Below, piece after piece: positions 32,788 to 41,736 of a DNA stretch of 64,000 nt. The stretch's first letter is position 1. The number at the start of each line of letters is the position of its first letter. The stretch is taken from positions 1,549-65,548 of the forward strand of contig WRJE01000004.1 in NCBI GenBank assembly GCA_009782385.1. Direction: 5' to 3'. Source of the stretch: Oscillospiraceae bacterium (GTDB lineage: Bacteria; Bacillota; Clostridia; Oscillospirales; UBA929). The translations under genes and the position numbers were made by a program. Below the pieces are notes generated by a model. That model saw nothing but the letters and a program-made list of their open reading frames with translations. It was not told the origin of the DNA and did no database searches.

Positions 32788-32809
32788 GGCGTGACGGTCT
32801 CGGCACGCC
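32784..32809 (+). repeat. REP-like unit overlapping the parB-like stop codon
   Basis: GTAG GGCGTG acggtctcgg CACGCC. The TAG of GTAG is the stop codon. Confidence 0.7.
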
Positions 32810-32826
32810 GTTTGGAATGTCAGAGC

Positions 32827-33603
32827 TTATGGAACAGGGGACGCTGAGGTAAGTTTATCATATATTGAAACTGCTGCTATTGAAACGACAATCATAATGG
32901 CAGATGTAATAGTTACGCCTAAAATGGTCTGATTAGGTATAAACGTACTTGGTCCGGCATTAACCGCGCAATGAAAAAGCAAGCATAAAAATATATTTCC
33001 TTTTGATATTTTATGAATCGCGCCCAATGCAAATGTCCCTCCAAACAAAATAATCGCGGAGAAAAAAGACCTCACTCCCAACGAACTATTCTCCAGAGAC
33101 AGCCATAGGGGGACGTGCCATAATAACCAGATAGGGGCGGTAATTAAACATGAAAGGATGTAACCGAATTTCTTGTTCAATTCGGAATATAGTATATATC
33201 TCCAACCCGCTTCTTCCATTCCCGCGCCGTACAACAGCGACCCAAGCATCCAGACGAAAAACATATATAGAGGCTCTGCCCTATTCAAACCGGAAGTCAC
33301 TATCAGTGAAACCATGAGGACAACAAACAAAGCAATGACAAACAGGTAATTATATACCGATGTTTTGACTGTAAAGATATTCCTCAGCCATTCTTTCATG
33401 CCTGATACTTTATTGTTTCTCTTTAGCACTATGAATGAAGCGATTGCCGGAGACCATGCGCCGATAAATTGAGGTGAATATAATACAGGATATTTTTCAA
33501 GTGTAATTCCAAACTGCCCGCATAAAACTAATCCTCCCCAAAAAATGAGCATAATGGTAAAGGTCAATGCGGTAAAATGAATAACTATTTTTTTATTTAT
33601 CAT
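32827..33603 (-). CDS. CPBP-family intramembrane glutamic endopeptidase (CAAX protease/bacteriocin self-immunity family)
   Basis: Polytopic. Motifs GMEEAGWRY, LLWHVPLW and LLFHCAVN. Confidence 0.8.
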   Translation of the reverse strand: MINKKIVIHFTALTFTIMLIFWGGLVLCGQFGITLEKYPVLYSPQFIGAWSPAIASFIVLKRNNKVSGMKEWLRNIFTVKTSVYNYLFVIALFVVLMVSLIVTSGLNRAEPLYMFFVWMLGSLLYGAGMEEAGWRYILYSELNKKFGYILSCLITAPIWLLWHVPLWLSLENSSLGVRSFFSAIILFGGTFALGAIHKISKGNIFLCLLFHCAVNAGPSTFIPNQTILGVTITSAIMIVVSIAAVSIYDKLTSASPVP

Positions 33604-33644
33604 TGCGTTAACCTTTCTCGTATAATATTGGTTTTAAGTCAGAC

Positions 33645-33713
33645 GGGCGGTCAATGACCGCCCCTACGAACGAGATTGCATTATAAACGGGCGACCGTGA
33701 CGGTCACCCTTAC
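33645..33713 (-). repeat. Two reverse-oriented REP-like units
   Basis: GGGCGGTCaatGACCGCCCCTAC (33645-33667). GGGCGACCGtgaCGGTCACCCTTAC (33689-33713), which overlaps the arsR-like stop. Confidence 0.75.
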
Positions 33714-34027
33714 AGAATCGGAATCATTTTTGACAGTTCCGTTAGCAATTCGGGCGTTAAATGAATGTCAAAGTCTTTTATTTCATAATATTTCATTGAT
33801 TTTCCGGTTTCGGAGATTTCATAGCTCCATGTCACAATAGCGGCTTCCTCGAGTTTTTTTAAGTGCATATAGAGAAGCGGCCTGCTCATGTTCATTATTT
33901 TAGCCAGTTCGCTGACATACCGCCGCTTTTCCGAAAGAACGCCGACAACCTTTATTCTCATTGGATGAGAGAGCGCGTCAAATAACCTTGTGTAATCCTC
34001 ATGGCTTGATAAAATCAAGCTCTCCAC
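33710..34027 (-). CDS. ArsR-family winged-helix transcriptional regulator
   Basis: LFDALSHPMRIKVVGVLSEKRRYVSELAKIMNMSRPLLYMHLKKLEEAAIV is a typical ArsR HTH. Confidence 0.8.
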   Translation of the reverse strand: MESLILSSHEDYTRLFDALSHPMRIKVVGVLSEKRRYVSELAKIMNMSRPLLYMHLKKLEEAAIVTWSYEISETGKSMKYYEIKDFDIHLTPELLTELSKMIPIL

Positions 34028-34028
34028 G

Positions 34029-34289
34029 TTATTCTATCTCCTTCATCATCTTGTTTATGGAGCTAAGACTTTCGTTCATGTCGGCGAGTTCTGCTTTAAC
34101 GGCTTCGATTTCTACCGTAAGTTTAGTTGTCAGTTCTTCAAACGAATTTTTGCTTATGGCAGATAAGCGGGCTTTGTATGCTTGACCTATAACAATAATC
34201 AGCACAACAGCGATAATAGCGATGAAACTAAAAATTAAACTTACCTTCATCACTTCATTACCTAAACCTACCATTAATAACTCATCCAT
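34029..34289 (-). CDS. Small membrane protein with a cytoplasmic coiled-coil tail, hypothetical
   Basis: One TM (VSLIFSFIAIIAVVLIIVIG), then heptad-like ELTTKLTVEIEAVKAELADMNESLSSINKMMKEIE. 1-nt gap to the arsR-like gene. Confidence 0.5.
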   Translation of the reverse strand: MDELLMVGLGNEVMKVSLIFSFIAIIAVVLIIVIGQAYKARLSAISKNSFEELTTKLTVEIEAVKAELADMNESLSSINKMMKEIE

Positions 34290-34317
34290 GTTAACCTCTC
34301 CTTGTTTGTAATTATTT

Positions 34318-34343
34318 CATATGTAATAAAAATATTACATATG
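34318..34343. promoter_or_regulatory. Perfect 10-bp-arm palindrome, candidate operator of the ArsR-like operon
   Basis: CATATGTAAT aaaaat ATTACATATG, 30-55 bp upstream of the 34289 start. Confidence 0.45.
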
Positions 34344-34366
34344 GTATATTGGCATTGTAATATATA

Positions 34367-34397
34367 AAAGGATATTTGTCAACACAAATATCCTTTT
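34367..34397 (-). terminator. Intrinsic terminator after yoeB
   Basis: On the minus strand: AAAGGATATTTG tgttga CAAATATCCTTT followed by TATATATT. Confidence 0.5.
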
Positions 34398-34454
34398 CAA
34401 AATGTTAATTTTTTGTGAACAGAAAAAGGGGGGATTAGCAATACTTATGTAATA

Positions 34455-34715
34455 TTAATCATCGTAATGACCGCCGCATTGAGCAATAATGATTTGGTTA
34501 CGTTCAACTTTATAAACAATACGGTTAGTTTCATCAATACGCCTGCTCCAATACCCATGTCTATTCCCCCTTAAAGGTTCAGGTTTGCCGATACCTTTGA
34601 AGGGGTGGCGATCAATATCCTTGATAATAGCATTGATACGCTTTAGTGTCTTTTTATCTTCTGTCTGCCACTCAATATACTCGTCCCACGCTTTGTCATG
34701 CCAGATTTTATTCAT
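34455..34715 (-). CDS. yoeB: Type II toxin, YoeB/Txe family
   Basis: MNKIWHDKAWDEYIEWQTEDKKTLKRINAIIKDIDRHPFKGIGKPEPLRGNRHGYWSRRIDETNRIVYKV...GGHY is a near-textbook YoeB. Confidence 0.9.
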   Translation of the reverse strand: MNKIWHDKAWDEYIEWQTEDKKTLKRINAIIKDIDRHPFKGIGKPEPLRGNRHGYWSRRIDETNRIVYKVERNQIIIAQCGGHYDD

Positions 34716-34974
34716 CTTCAACCTCAATTAACTCATGAACCGTAAGGTTTCGTCCGGCTTCAATATCGTTTATTCTGCGGGCAAGCTCTGCTTGATTTTT
34801 ATCGCTGTAAAACGGGTCATAAATATCAAAAGGTATTTTTCCCTGCCGCAGGGATTGCCGCGCAAATATATTGAACGCGGTAGATAAATTCATGCCAAAA
34901 TCATTAAACATCCTTTCGGCTTGTTCTTTAATTTCCCTGTCAATCCGGATTGTTACATTGATTGTATCAGCCAT
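34708..34974 (-). CDS. Type II antitoxin with a DinJ/RelB-type RHH N-terminus, paired with YoeB
   Basis: MADTINVTIRIDREIKEQAERMFNDFGMNLSTAFNIFARQSL. AGGAGG RBS. 8-nt overlap with yoeB. Confidence 0.8.
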   Translation of the reverse strand: MADTINVTIRIDREIKEQAERMFNDFGMNLSTAFNIFARQSLRQGKIPFDIYDPFYSDKNQAELARRINDIEAGRNLTVHELIEVEDE

Positions 34975-35045
34975 CACAAGCACCTCCTGTTTGTATTATA
35001 CCACAGTATTTCGTGCATATCAAGTAATATGCACGAAAAATATTG

Positions 35046-35486
35046 CTATACATCGCCAACCATCACAATCGTGTCTTCAAGAGTGAAAAAGTCCAACTTC
35101 TTATAAAAAGCATGAGCCGGGATATTTCTTTGTGTACTCAACATAATAGCAGGTATGCCAAGTACAACCAACTCTTTCTTTACACCCTCCATCAAGGCAA
35201 TACCAATACCCTGCCTTTGCAAATTCGGGTCAACAATATAGTCATTGATGTAATACTCAGTTCCTTTGGTGTAGGGCTTTTCATATCCGAAACAAAGAGC
35301 AATAATCTTGTCGTTTTGCTTTCCTACAAAACCTATGAAAAAGTTGTTTGAAGTCCATTTGCTTATATAATCCACCACAACATCGCGTGATTCCCATTCC
35401 TCATTCCAAGGCTCTGCTGAATATGTTTTCATATATAAGTCTACACATTCATCTAACATAGATACATCAAATTTCTCGATAGTCAT
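35046..35486 (-). CDS. GNAT-family N-acetyltransferase
   Basis: YIVDPNLQRQGIGIALMEGV (acetyl-CoA motif A Q/RxxGxG/A). 146 aa. AGGAGGA RBS at the ATG at 35486. Confidence 0.8.
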   Translation of the reverse strand: MTIEKFDVSMLDECVDLYMKTYSAEPWNEEWESRDVVVDYISKWTSNNFFIGFVGKQNDKIIALCFGYEKPYTKGTEYYINDYIVDPNLQRQGIGIALMEGVKKELVVLGIPAIMLSTQRNIPAHAFYKKLDFFTLEDTIVMVGDV

Positions 35487-35562
35487 TTTCACTTTTCCTC
35501 CTATGTATAGTATAAATACCGCCGCCAAGTCCAATCCGAACAAGGCAACGCAGAAAATAAAA

Positions 35563-35961
35563 CTACTGTACCGTTTTTTGTAAAAATTCTGCCGGTGTCA
35601 TAATAAACGATTCATTAGGATAATCTTTTATATTGCCTGTGATAAGGATTGCCCCTATTGCCATTGCCGTATCGTAGAAAATGCGATCTGTCTCGTCAGA
35701 CATGGGGATATCGCTTTTTTCGGGGGTAATGCTTTCGCCGTAATCTTTCATCTTTGCCAACAGGCTTTCTCTTTTGTGGACGGAAAAAGCAAATTTCGGA
35801 CGACTTAATACTTCGGTGTATTCCTCAAGAATAAAATCATTGAAGACCGGGATAATGTTACTCGGCATCATTTTAATAATCGCAGAAGCATTCCCGTCAT
35901 CGGACCATAATGCCGACACCAAAATATTTGTGTCTATAACAACCCTTATAATACTCTTCAT
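35563..35961 (-). CDS. PIN-domain toxin (putative ribonuclease)
   Basis: RVVIDTNILVSALWS...FYDTAMAIGAILITGNIKDY; acidic residues in PIN spacing. 4-nt overlap with the upstream antitoxin. Confidence 0.8.
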   Translation of the reverse strand: MKSIIRVVIDTNILVSALWSDDGNASAIIKMMPSNIIPVFNDFILEEYTEVLSRPKFAFSVHKRESLLAKMKDYGESITPEKSDIPMSDETDRIFYDTAMAIGAILITGNIKDYPNESFIMTPAEFLQKTVQ

Positions 35962-36257
35962 GCTTGTATCCGTTGTTTTTCGCTGCGGTAGGCTTTTATT
36001 TCCGCATTGATTTCATCAGCAGTCAAAAAACCTTTTTTTTCGTTTTCGGCGCGGATGCTTTCTATCAGTTGATGAAATTGAGCGGCTTCGTTTTCCGCCA
36101 TATGGATTTTGAAAGGTATAGCTCTTTCATTAACCATTTGGCGAACGAAGATATTGATTGCCGTGGACAATGTCATTCCCATAGCATTAGCTATGGAATC
36201 CGCTTCTTTTTTCACAGAACGGTCAATTTTTACATTCAAACTCGCTAAATCGCCCAT
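35958..36257 (-). CDS. Type II antitoxin with a DinJ/RelB-type RHH N-terminus, paired with the PIN toxin
   Basis: MGDLASLNVKIDRSVKKEADSIANAMGMTLSTAINIFVRQMV. Start at the ATG at 36257; the longer ORF to 36440 is rejected. Confidence 0.75.
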   Translation of the reverse strand: MGDLASLNVKIDRSVKKEADSIANAMGMTLSTAINIFVRQMVNERAIPFKIHMAENEAAQFHQLIESIRAENEKKGFLTADEINAEIKAYRSEKQRIQA

Positions 36258-36458
36258 ATCAAACAGCCCCTTGTTAATTGATAGACATATTATAGCATGA
36301 TATTCGCCTGTTGTCAATACAATGGGCGAATATTGCGTGTTAATCAAAATTTTTTCACGCAAATATCGAACATGACATATAGTTGTCGTGTTCGATATGA
36401 TAATATATTTACAATGTCGCTTGCGGGCGCAATTTTGCAAATATTAGGAGGGAAAGCC

Positions 36459-36962
36459 GTGTTAAATAAAGCCTTGGTGGTAATAGATGTTCAAAATGAC
36501 ACAACAAAGAATTACAAGGAGATAATTGATGACATTAACAGAGCTGTTGATTGGGCGGTTAGTAATAATATTCATGTCGTCTATATCAGACACGAAAATT
36601 TATCAGACGGTACAAGGACTTTCAAGCCCAACACTCGCGGTTCAGAACTGGCTGCAGACTTAAAAGTAGTAACAGAAAACATTTTTACGAAATACAAGCA
36701 GAATGCGTTAAGCAGCGAGGAGTTCACGGAATTTATCGGTAAGAATGGGATACGCGAGTTCTATCTGACAGGGGCGGACGCTATTGCCTGTGTTAAATCA
36801 ACTTGCTATAATCTGCTTAAAGATAATTACAAAGTTACCGTCATATCAGATTGCGTAACGAGCTATGATAAAAGGAAAATTGACGAAATGCTGCGTTACT
36901 ATGAGAGCAAAGGCGGCATAATAATCAGCTTGAATGCCTTGTTAGATTCTACCCCTTTATAA
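36459..36962 (+). CDS. Isochorismatase-family cysteine hydrolase
   Basis: [11 protein letters not shown]...[16 protein letters not shown] (catalytic Cys context). GTG at 36459 preceded by AGGAGGG. Confidence 0.75.
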   Translation: MLNKALVVIDVQNDTTKNYKEIIDDINRAVDWAVSNNIHVVYIRHENLSDGTRTFKPNTRGSELAADLKVVTENIFTKYKQNALSSEEFTEFIGKNGIREFYLTGADAIACVKSTCYNLLKDNYKVTVISDCVTSYDKRKIDEMLRYYESKGGIIISLNALLDSTPL

Positions 36963-37689
36963 GCCTTCTGATTGCGTTTACAGCCAATATTATCGCGTTT
37001 TCGGGGTCGTGGCACTCGTTATCGTCAAGCCCCAAGGCACGGCGTTCTTGATTCCACACCGCGACAAAGCACGAGCCGCAGCGGACACCGAGCGCGTTCG
37101 CCGCGACAAAAAGGGCGGCGGATTCCATCTCTGAGGCGAGTACGCCAAGGCGTTTCCATGCCTCCCATTTTGCCAGCAGTTCCCCGGCAATGGGCATCCG
37201 TGACGGGTTGTGCTGCCCGTAGAACGAGTCCTTGCACTGTACCACGCCGACATGATACGGCAAGCTCCCGGCTTTCGCCGTTTCGGCAAGCGCGTTGAGT
37301 ACGTCATAGTTGGCAACGGCGGGATACTCAATGGGCGCGTATTCGCGCGATGTGCCTTCGTGGCGCACAACGCCCGTGGCAATAACCAAATCGCCGCCCA
37401 TTACCTGCTGCGCTATGCCGCCGCAAGTGCCGACACGCACAAATGTATGCGCTCCGATTGCCGCGAGTTCCTCCAACGCAATGGCGGCGGACGGGCCGCC
37501 GATTCCGGTGGATGTCACGGATACGCGCGTGCCGTCAAGCGTTCCGGTATATGTGACATACTCGCGGTTCTGCCCGACTTTCTTAGGATTGTCGAAGTGT
37601 TCCGCGATTTTTTCGCAGCGTCCCGGGTCGCCCGGCAGTATGACATACTCCCCGACATCGCCTTTTTCGAGATTGATGTGATATTTCAT
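36949..37689 (-). CDS. udp: Uridine phosphorylase / PNP-UDP family nucleoside phosphorylase
   Basis: [17 protein letters not shown]...[18 protein letters not shown]...VGTCGG...SEMESAALF. Confidence 0.85.
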   Translation of the reverse strand: MKYHINLEKGDVGEYVILPGDPGRCEKIAEHFDNPKKVGQNREYVTYTGTLDGTRVSVTSTGIGGPSAAIALEELAAIGAHTFVRVGTCGGIAQQVMGGDLVIATGVVRHEGTSREYAPIEYPAVANYDVLNALAETAKAGSLPYHVGVVQCKDSFYGQHNPSRMPIAGELLAKWEAWKRLGVLASEMESAALFVAANALGVRCGSCFVAVWNQERRALGLDDNECHDPENAIILAVNAIRRLIKG

Positions 37690-37692
37690 AAT

Positions 37693-39732
37693 TTAGCCCT
37701 CCGTATCAATAGCCGTCATTCTGGCTTTAATATCAAAATACGCGCTGAATACCTCTCTCGCTATCGGCGCGACACGCGAGCCGCCCGCGCCTTTTTCAAC
37801 AACGACCGCAACGGCAATTTCGGGGTTTTCATAAGGCGCGTAGGCAACGAACACGCCGTTGTCGGGGCGGTTCGCGCTCGTCTGCGCCGTACCTGTTTTT
37901 GCCGCCACGGGTATCGGATATGACGCGAAAATCCTTGCCGCCGTGCCGCCCGCCTGCGCCGCCATACGCATACCTTCCTGAACGGCCTTTATGTTATCGG
38001 GGTCAAGCTCAAGGTCGTCCATGATTTCGGGCAGATTGTCAAATGTCTCGCGCCTGAAGTCATATGAACGCGCCGATTTTAGGATATGCGGGCGGTAATG
38101 CAGTCCGCCGTTCGCTATTGTCGCCGTGTAAACCGCCATTTGGAGCGGCGTGAAGCTGTTATAGGACTGACCGATTGCCGCCTGTATGGTATCGCCCGGC
38201 ATCCAACGCAGGTTCTGCGATTCGACATATTCCTGACTTGCCAGAACGCCAATGCTCTCGCCGTCCAGCTCGATTCCCGACTTCCGCCCGAATCCCATTT
38301 TCATGGCATATTCGCCGAGGCGGTCGATTTTCAAGAGCCGCCCGACTTCATAATAGTAGTAGTTGCACGAAACTTTTAGTGAATTGTAGACATTGACGCT
38401 GCCGTGACTGCCGTTGCACCTCGGCGTATAGCTCGGCGCGTAAAACATATATCTGACATTGTCAAAAATGGTGGTTCTCGGTTTTACTATCTCGTATTCA
38501 AGAGCCGCTATAGCCGTACACATCTTGTATATCGAGCCGGGGGCGTATGTTCCGGCGATTGCGCGGTTGTACATGGGTCTTGAGGGGTCTTCGTTCATTA
38601 TCTGAAAATTCTGCTTAAAATTAATCAGGCTGAAAGTGGGGTACGAAGCCATTGCCAGAATCTCGCCGGAATTTATATCTATGACGGCGACCGCGCCGCC
38701 CGCCGCCGCGCCGCCCTCTCTGTCAACGCCAGTTGCCCGCAAGTCCTCGATACCGCGCTCCAGAGCGCGTTCAACGGCTTCCTGCAAGCGCAAATCGAGC
38801 GTGGTTATTATGTGGTTTCCCGCCTGTGGTTCTCTTCTGTATCTCTGCGCGGTTATCTGCCCGGAAATTGTCGTTTCAACGCTCATTATGCCGTCAACGC
38901 CTTTGAGCCACGATTCGGCGGCTTTTTCAACGCCGTCAATGCCGACAATAGCGTCTAATGAATACCCCAGTCCTAAATATTCCTCTGCTCTGCTCTCGGG
39001 TATCTGTCCGACACGCCCCAGTAAATGCGCCGCGAAATCAGTCCGGTACTCCCTTGTCGTAACGCTGTTGACGCTTACGCCCGGCAAACGCCGCTCTTCA
39101 ATCAACGTCAGCAGTTTTACGGATATACCGTCCGCGAATATATACGGCGGTATGTTGAAAAAGACGGTTCGCAATTCCAACTCATAGCGTACACCTATTA
39201 CCAGACGCGCATCGTCATCGCTGAACTCCTCTGGGATTTTGTACCGCTCGCGCAAAAAAACCATAAGCTCTTCGGCGGTAAAATCCGGCTGTTCAATTTC
39301 ATCCAAGAATCGTTTCAGACGTTTATCCTGCGCCGATGTCATATCGTTTATATATCGGTACGGCTCATATGTGACCGGGAATGTGTCTTCGTAGAGCGTA
39401 TCTTCACGGCGGCACAGCGCGATAAGGTTCAGAATGCCGCGTGCGGACGAGCCGAACTCATTCGCGTCGGCGAGCGTTAATTGGCGATGGTTCAGCGTGA
39501 TATTGTAGCCCAGTACGTTTGTTATCAGAGGGCGGCCGTAACGGTCAAAAACCTCTCCGCGAGCTGCCGCGACACCGATTTCGGTGGTATAGCGGCGTTC
39601 GGCGCGAGCCGCCGCCTCAGGCACGGTTTGGATTATCTGGAGGTCAAAGAGCGTTATAACAAGAACTGCCGCGAACGCCAGCGTCATGAGACCCAAGATG
39701 CCTATTCTGATGTATAAACGCGGTTTGGACAT
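37693..39732 (-). CDS. Penicillin-binding protein 2 (class B transpeptidase; MrdA/SpoVD-like)
   Basis: N-terminal TM, PBP dimerisation domain, SxxK (PGSIYK), SCN and KTGTA motifs. Follows mreCD. GGAGGG RBS before the ATG at 39732. Confidence 0.9.
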   Translation of the reverse strand: MSKPRLYIRIGILGLMTLAFAAVLVITLFDLQIIQTVPEAAARAERRYTTEIGVAAARGEVFDRYGRPLITNVLGYNITLNHRQLTLADANEFGSSARGILNLIALCRREDTLYEDTFPVTYEPYRYINDMTSAQDKRLKRFLDEIEQPDFTAEELMVFLRERYKIPEEFSDDDARLVIGVRYELELRTVFFNIPPYIFADGISVKLLTLIEERRLPGVSVNSVTTREYRTDFAAHLLGRVGQIPESRAEEYLGLGYSLDAIVGIDGVEKAAESWLKGVDGIMSVETTISGQITAQRYRREPQAGNHIITTLDLRLQEAVERALERGIEDLRATGVDREGGAAAGGAVAVIDINSGEILAMASYPTFSLINFKQNFQIMNEDPSRPMYNRAIAGTYAPGSIYKMCTAIAALEYEIVKPRTTIFDNVRYMFYAPSYTPRCNGSHGSVNVYNSLKVSCNYYYYEVGRLLKIDRLGEYAMKMGFGRKSGIELDGESIGVLASQEYVESQNLRWMPGDTIQAAIGQSYNSFTPLQMAVYTATIANGGLHYRPHILKSARSYDFRRETFDNLPEIMDDLELDPDNIKAVQEGMRMAAQAGGTAARIFASYPIPVAAKTGTAQTSANRPDNGVFVAYAPYENPEIAVAVVVEKGAGGSRVAPIAREVFSAYFDIKARMTAIDTEG

Positions 39733-39763
39733 AAATCCCTCCACTGATTAAACATTGTCATTT

Positions 39764-39811
39764 GTATGGACGCACTATGTGCGTCCACGGACGACCACAG
39801 GTCGTCCCTAC
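39764..39811. repeat. Two REP-like units between mreD and the PBP2 gene
   Basis: GTAT GGACGCAC tat GTGCGTCC (39764-39786). GGACGACCacagGTCGTCCCTAC (39789-39811). The CTAC supplies the mreD stop. Confidence 0.75.
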
Positions 39812-40323
39812 CTTTTAATCAGCGTTCTTCTGTAAATCGTGCGGGCGGGAAAGTATAAAATAGGCAGCAGCGCGAGCGAATAAAGTATTTCCGGCGTTGT
39901 GACATATATATATGCCCACGAGTCAGCCCGCCTGAACAGCAGTAAAAACGCGGAAACGAACAGCACCTGTGTTACAACCAACACGATTATTGCTAAAAAG
40001 TAAGCGGAGAGAAGCGTTTTTCGCAGGCTGTATTCCGCCACCAGTCCGACCGCGATGCAGAAGAGCATAAGAATCATTGTATAGTATGTCGTGGTATACA
40101 CGGAAATCCAATCGCATATAAGCCCGCAGATAAATCCGGAAAAGCCCCCTATATACGGGCCGGAGAACAGCGATATAATTACGCAGACCATAATAAGCAA
40201 GAGCGGGCGCACATTCAAAACGGGCGGCAGAAGGAACTGAAGCGCAAATGTTAGAAAAATGAGGAGAATATACAGCGAAATTTTAATTATCGCTATACGC
40301 ATACGGTAACTCTCTGTATACAC
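39808..40323 (-). CDS. mreD: Rod shape-determining protein MreD
   Basis: Small polytopic protein directly after mreC. The start may be an internal Met (MRIAIIK). Confidence 0.75.
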   Translation of the reverse strand: MYTESYRMRIAIIKISLYILLIFLTFALQFLLPPVLNVRPLLLIMVCVIISLFSGPYIGGFSGFICGLICDWISVYTTTYYTMILMLFCIAVGLVAEYSLRKTLLSAYFLAIIVLVVTQVLFVSAFLLLFRRADSWAYIYVTTPEILYSLALLPILYFPARTIYRRTLIKR

Positions 40324-40325
40324 CG

Positions 40326-41168
40326 CTAATCCTCGCTTTCAAACGACATGATAAGAAAAACCTGTTCAACGTGCGTTAGCTCCGCTGCGGGAGTAATAAT
40401 CGCGGTTACGGTCATGCCGTTACGGTCGTATTCCAAATCGGAGACATAGCCGATAACCAAATCACGCGGGAACACCTCGCCTATGTCGGATGTCAAGACC
40501 TCATCGCCCTCTTTGATGTCCGTGTCCGTGCCGAAGCCTATCATAGTCAGCTTATTGTCATACATAAGCTCGAATCTTCCCCTGCATACGCCGTAGTCCC
40601 TCGACCGAAAGATATACGCGCCGCACGCAAAATCTGAGTCTACCAACATTCTGAGAACCGACTGGTCGGAACCGACCTCTGAAACAACACCTACTATCTG
40701 CCCGAACTCGTTAAGCGCGAGCATTTGCGGCACAACGCCGTGTTTGTCGCCGCGCGATATGGTGAATGTGCGGGCATAGTTGTCGATGTCCCCGGCAATT
40801 ACCGTTGCGGGCATTAACTCGAAATCCCGCCGCTTCTGCTTAAATTCCAATATGTCGCGCAAACGCTCATTCTCTTTCAATGTCTCATGATACAGCCGCG
40901 ATTGTTCGTCTACCGTGGCGGCGTGACGGCGCAGCCGTGAGTTTTCGGCGCGTAGTTCCTCGATTATGCGTCCGCTGCTCCAAAACGTGTTTAATCTCTC
41001 TGAAATTGAGTTTAATGAGGTTTGTATAGGTTTTAGCGCACTGCCCAAAATCCCCGAACCTCCGAGCGCGCGTCCGGGCGACAGAGCCGAGTAAACAGAG
41101 AGCGCGATTGCGGCAATTATTATTGCGGCAACCAGAATTATCCATTTATATCTTAAAATAAATTTCAT
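40326..41168 (-). CDS. mreC: Rod shape-determining protein MreC
   Basis: N-terminal TM, a coiled coil (ENSRLRRH...ENERLRDILEF), and a beta-rich C-domain. Confidence 0.9.
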   Translation of the reverse strand: MKFILRYKWIILVAAIIIAAIALSVYSALSPGRALGGSGILGSALKPIQTSLNSISERLNTFWSSGRIIEELRAENSRLRRHAATVDEQSRLYHETLKENERLRDILEFKQKRRDFELMPATVIAGDIDNYARTFTISRGDKHGVVPQMLALNEFGQIVGVVSEVGSDQSVLRMLVDSDFACGAYIFRSRDYGVCRGRFELMYDNKLTMIGFGTDTDIKEGDEVLTSDIGEVFPRDLVIGYVSDLEYDRNGMTVTAIITPAAELTHVEQVFLIMSFESED

Positions 41169-41175
41169 TTAAGCG

Positions 41176-41736
41176 TTACAGTTTTATTCCGAACTTGTTC
41201 AAAAGCTGTCCGAGACGAAACAACGGCAGCCCCATTACATTGTAAAAATCGCCCTCAATAGCGGAGACAAAGAGCGCGCCCCTGCCCTGTATGCCGTATG
41301 AACCCGCTTTATCAAGCGGTTCTCCGGACGCGATATAAGACTTTATATCATGTATGCTCAACGGCGCGAAACGCACCCTTGTGCGTTCGGTTTCGGTCAG
41401 CATACGCTGACCGTTAAACACCGTGATACCTGTGTATACATCGTGCCAGTGTCCCGAGAGTTTTTCGAGCATCATCTGCGCTTCGGCTTCGTTCGCGGGC
41501 TTTCCGAGGGTATGCCCGTTCAGCTCGACAAGCGTGTCTGCCGCAATGGCAACCTCACCCGGGTATGTTTCAACGCACATGGCTTTTCTGCGCGACAGCT
41601 CACCGACCGCCTGTCCTGCGGGAAGGCTGCAGCACTCGTCTGTCTGCGGGATAACAACACGCAGTTCGTGTCCTTGAAACTGTTTCAGAAGCTCCAATCG
41701 TCTTGGCGAACCTGACGCCAAAACCAACGCAGCCAC
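41176..41736 (-). CDS. maf: Maf-family nucleoside triphosphate pyrophosphatase
   Basis: LVLASGSPRRLELL...AADTLV...DKAGSYGIQG. Confidence 0.9.
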   Translation of the reverse strand: MAALVLASGSPRRLELLKQFQGHELRVVIPQTDECCSLPAGQAVGELSRRKAMCVETYPGEVAIAADTLVELNGHTLGKPANEAEAQMMLEKLSGHWHDVYTGITVFNGQRMLTETERTRVRFAPLSIHDIKSYIASGEPLDKAGSYGIQGRGALFVSAIEGDFYNVMGLPLFRLGQLLNKFGIKL

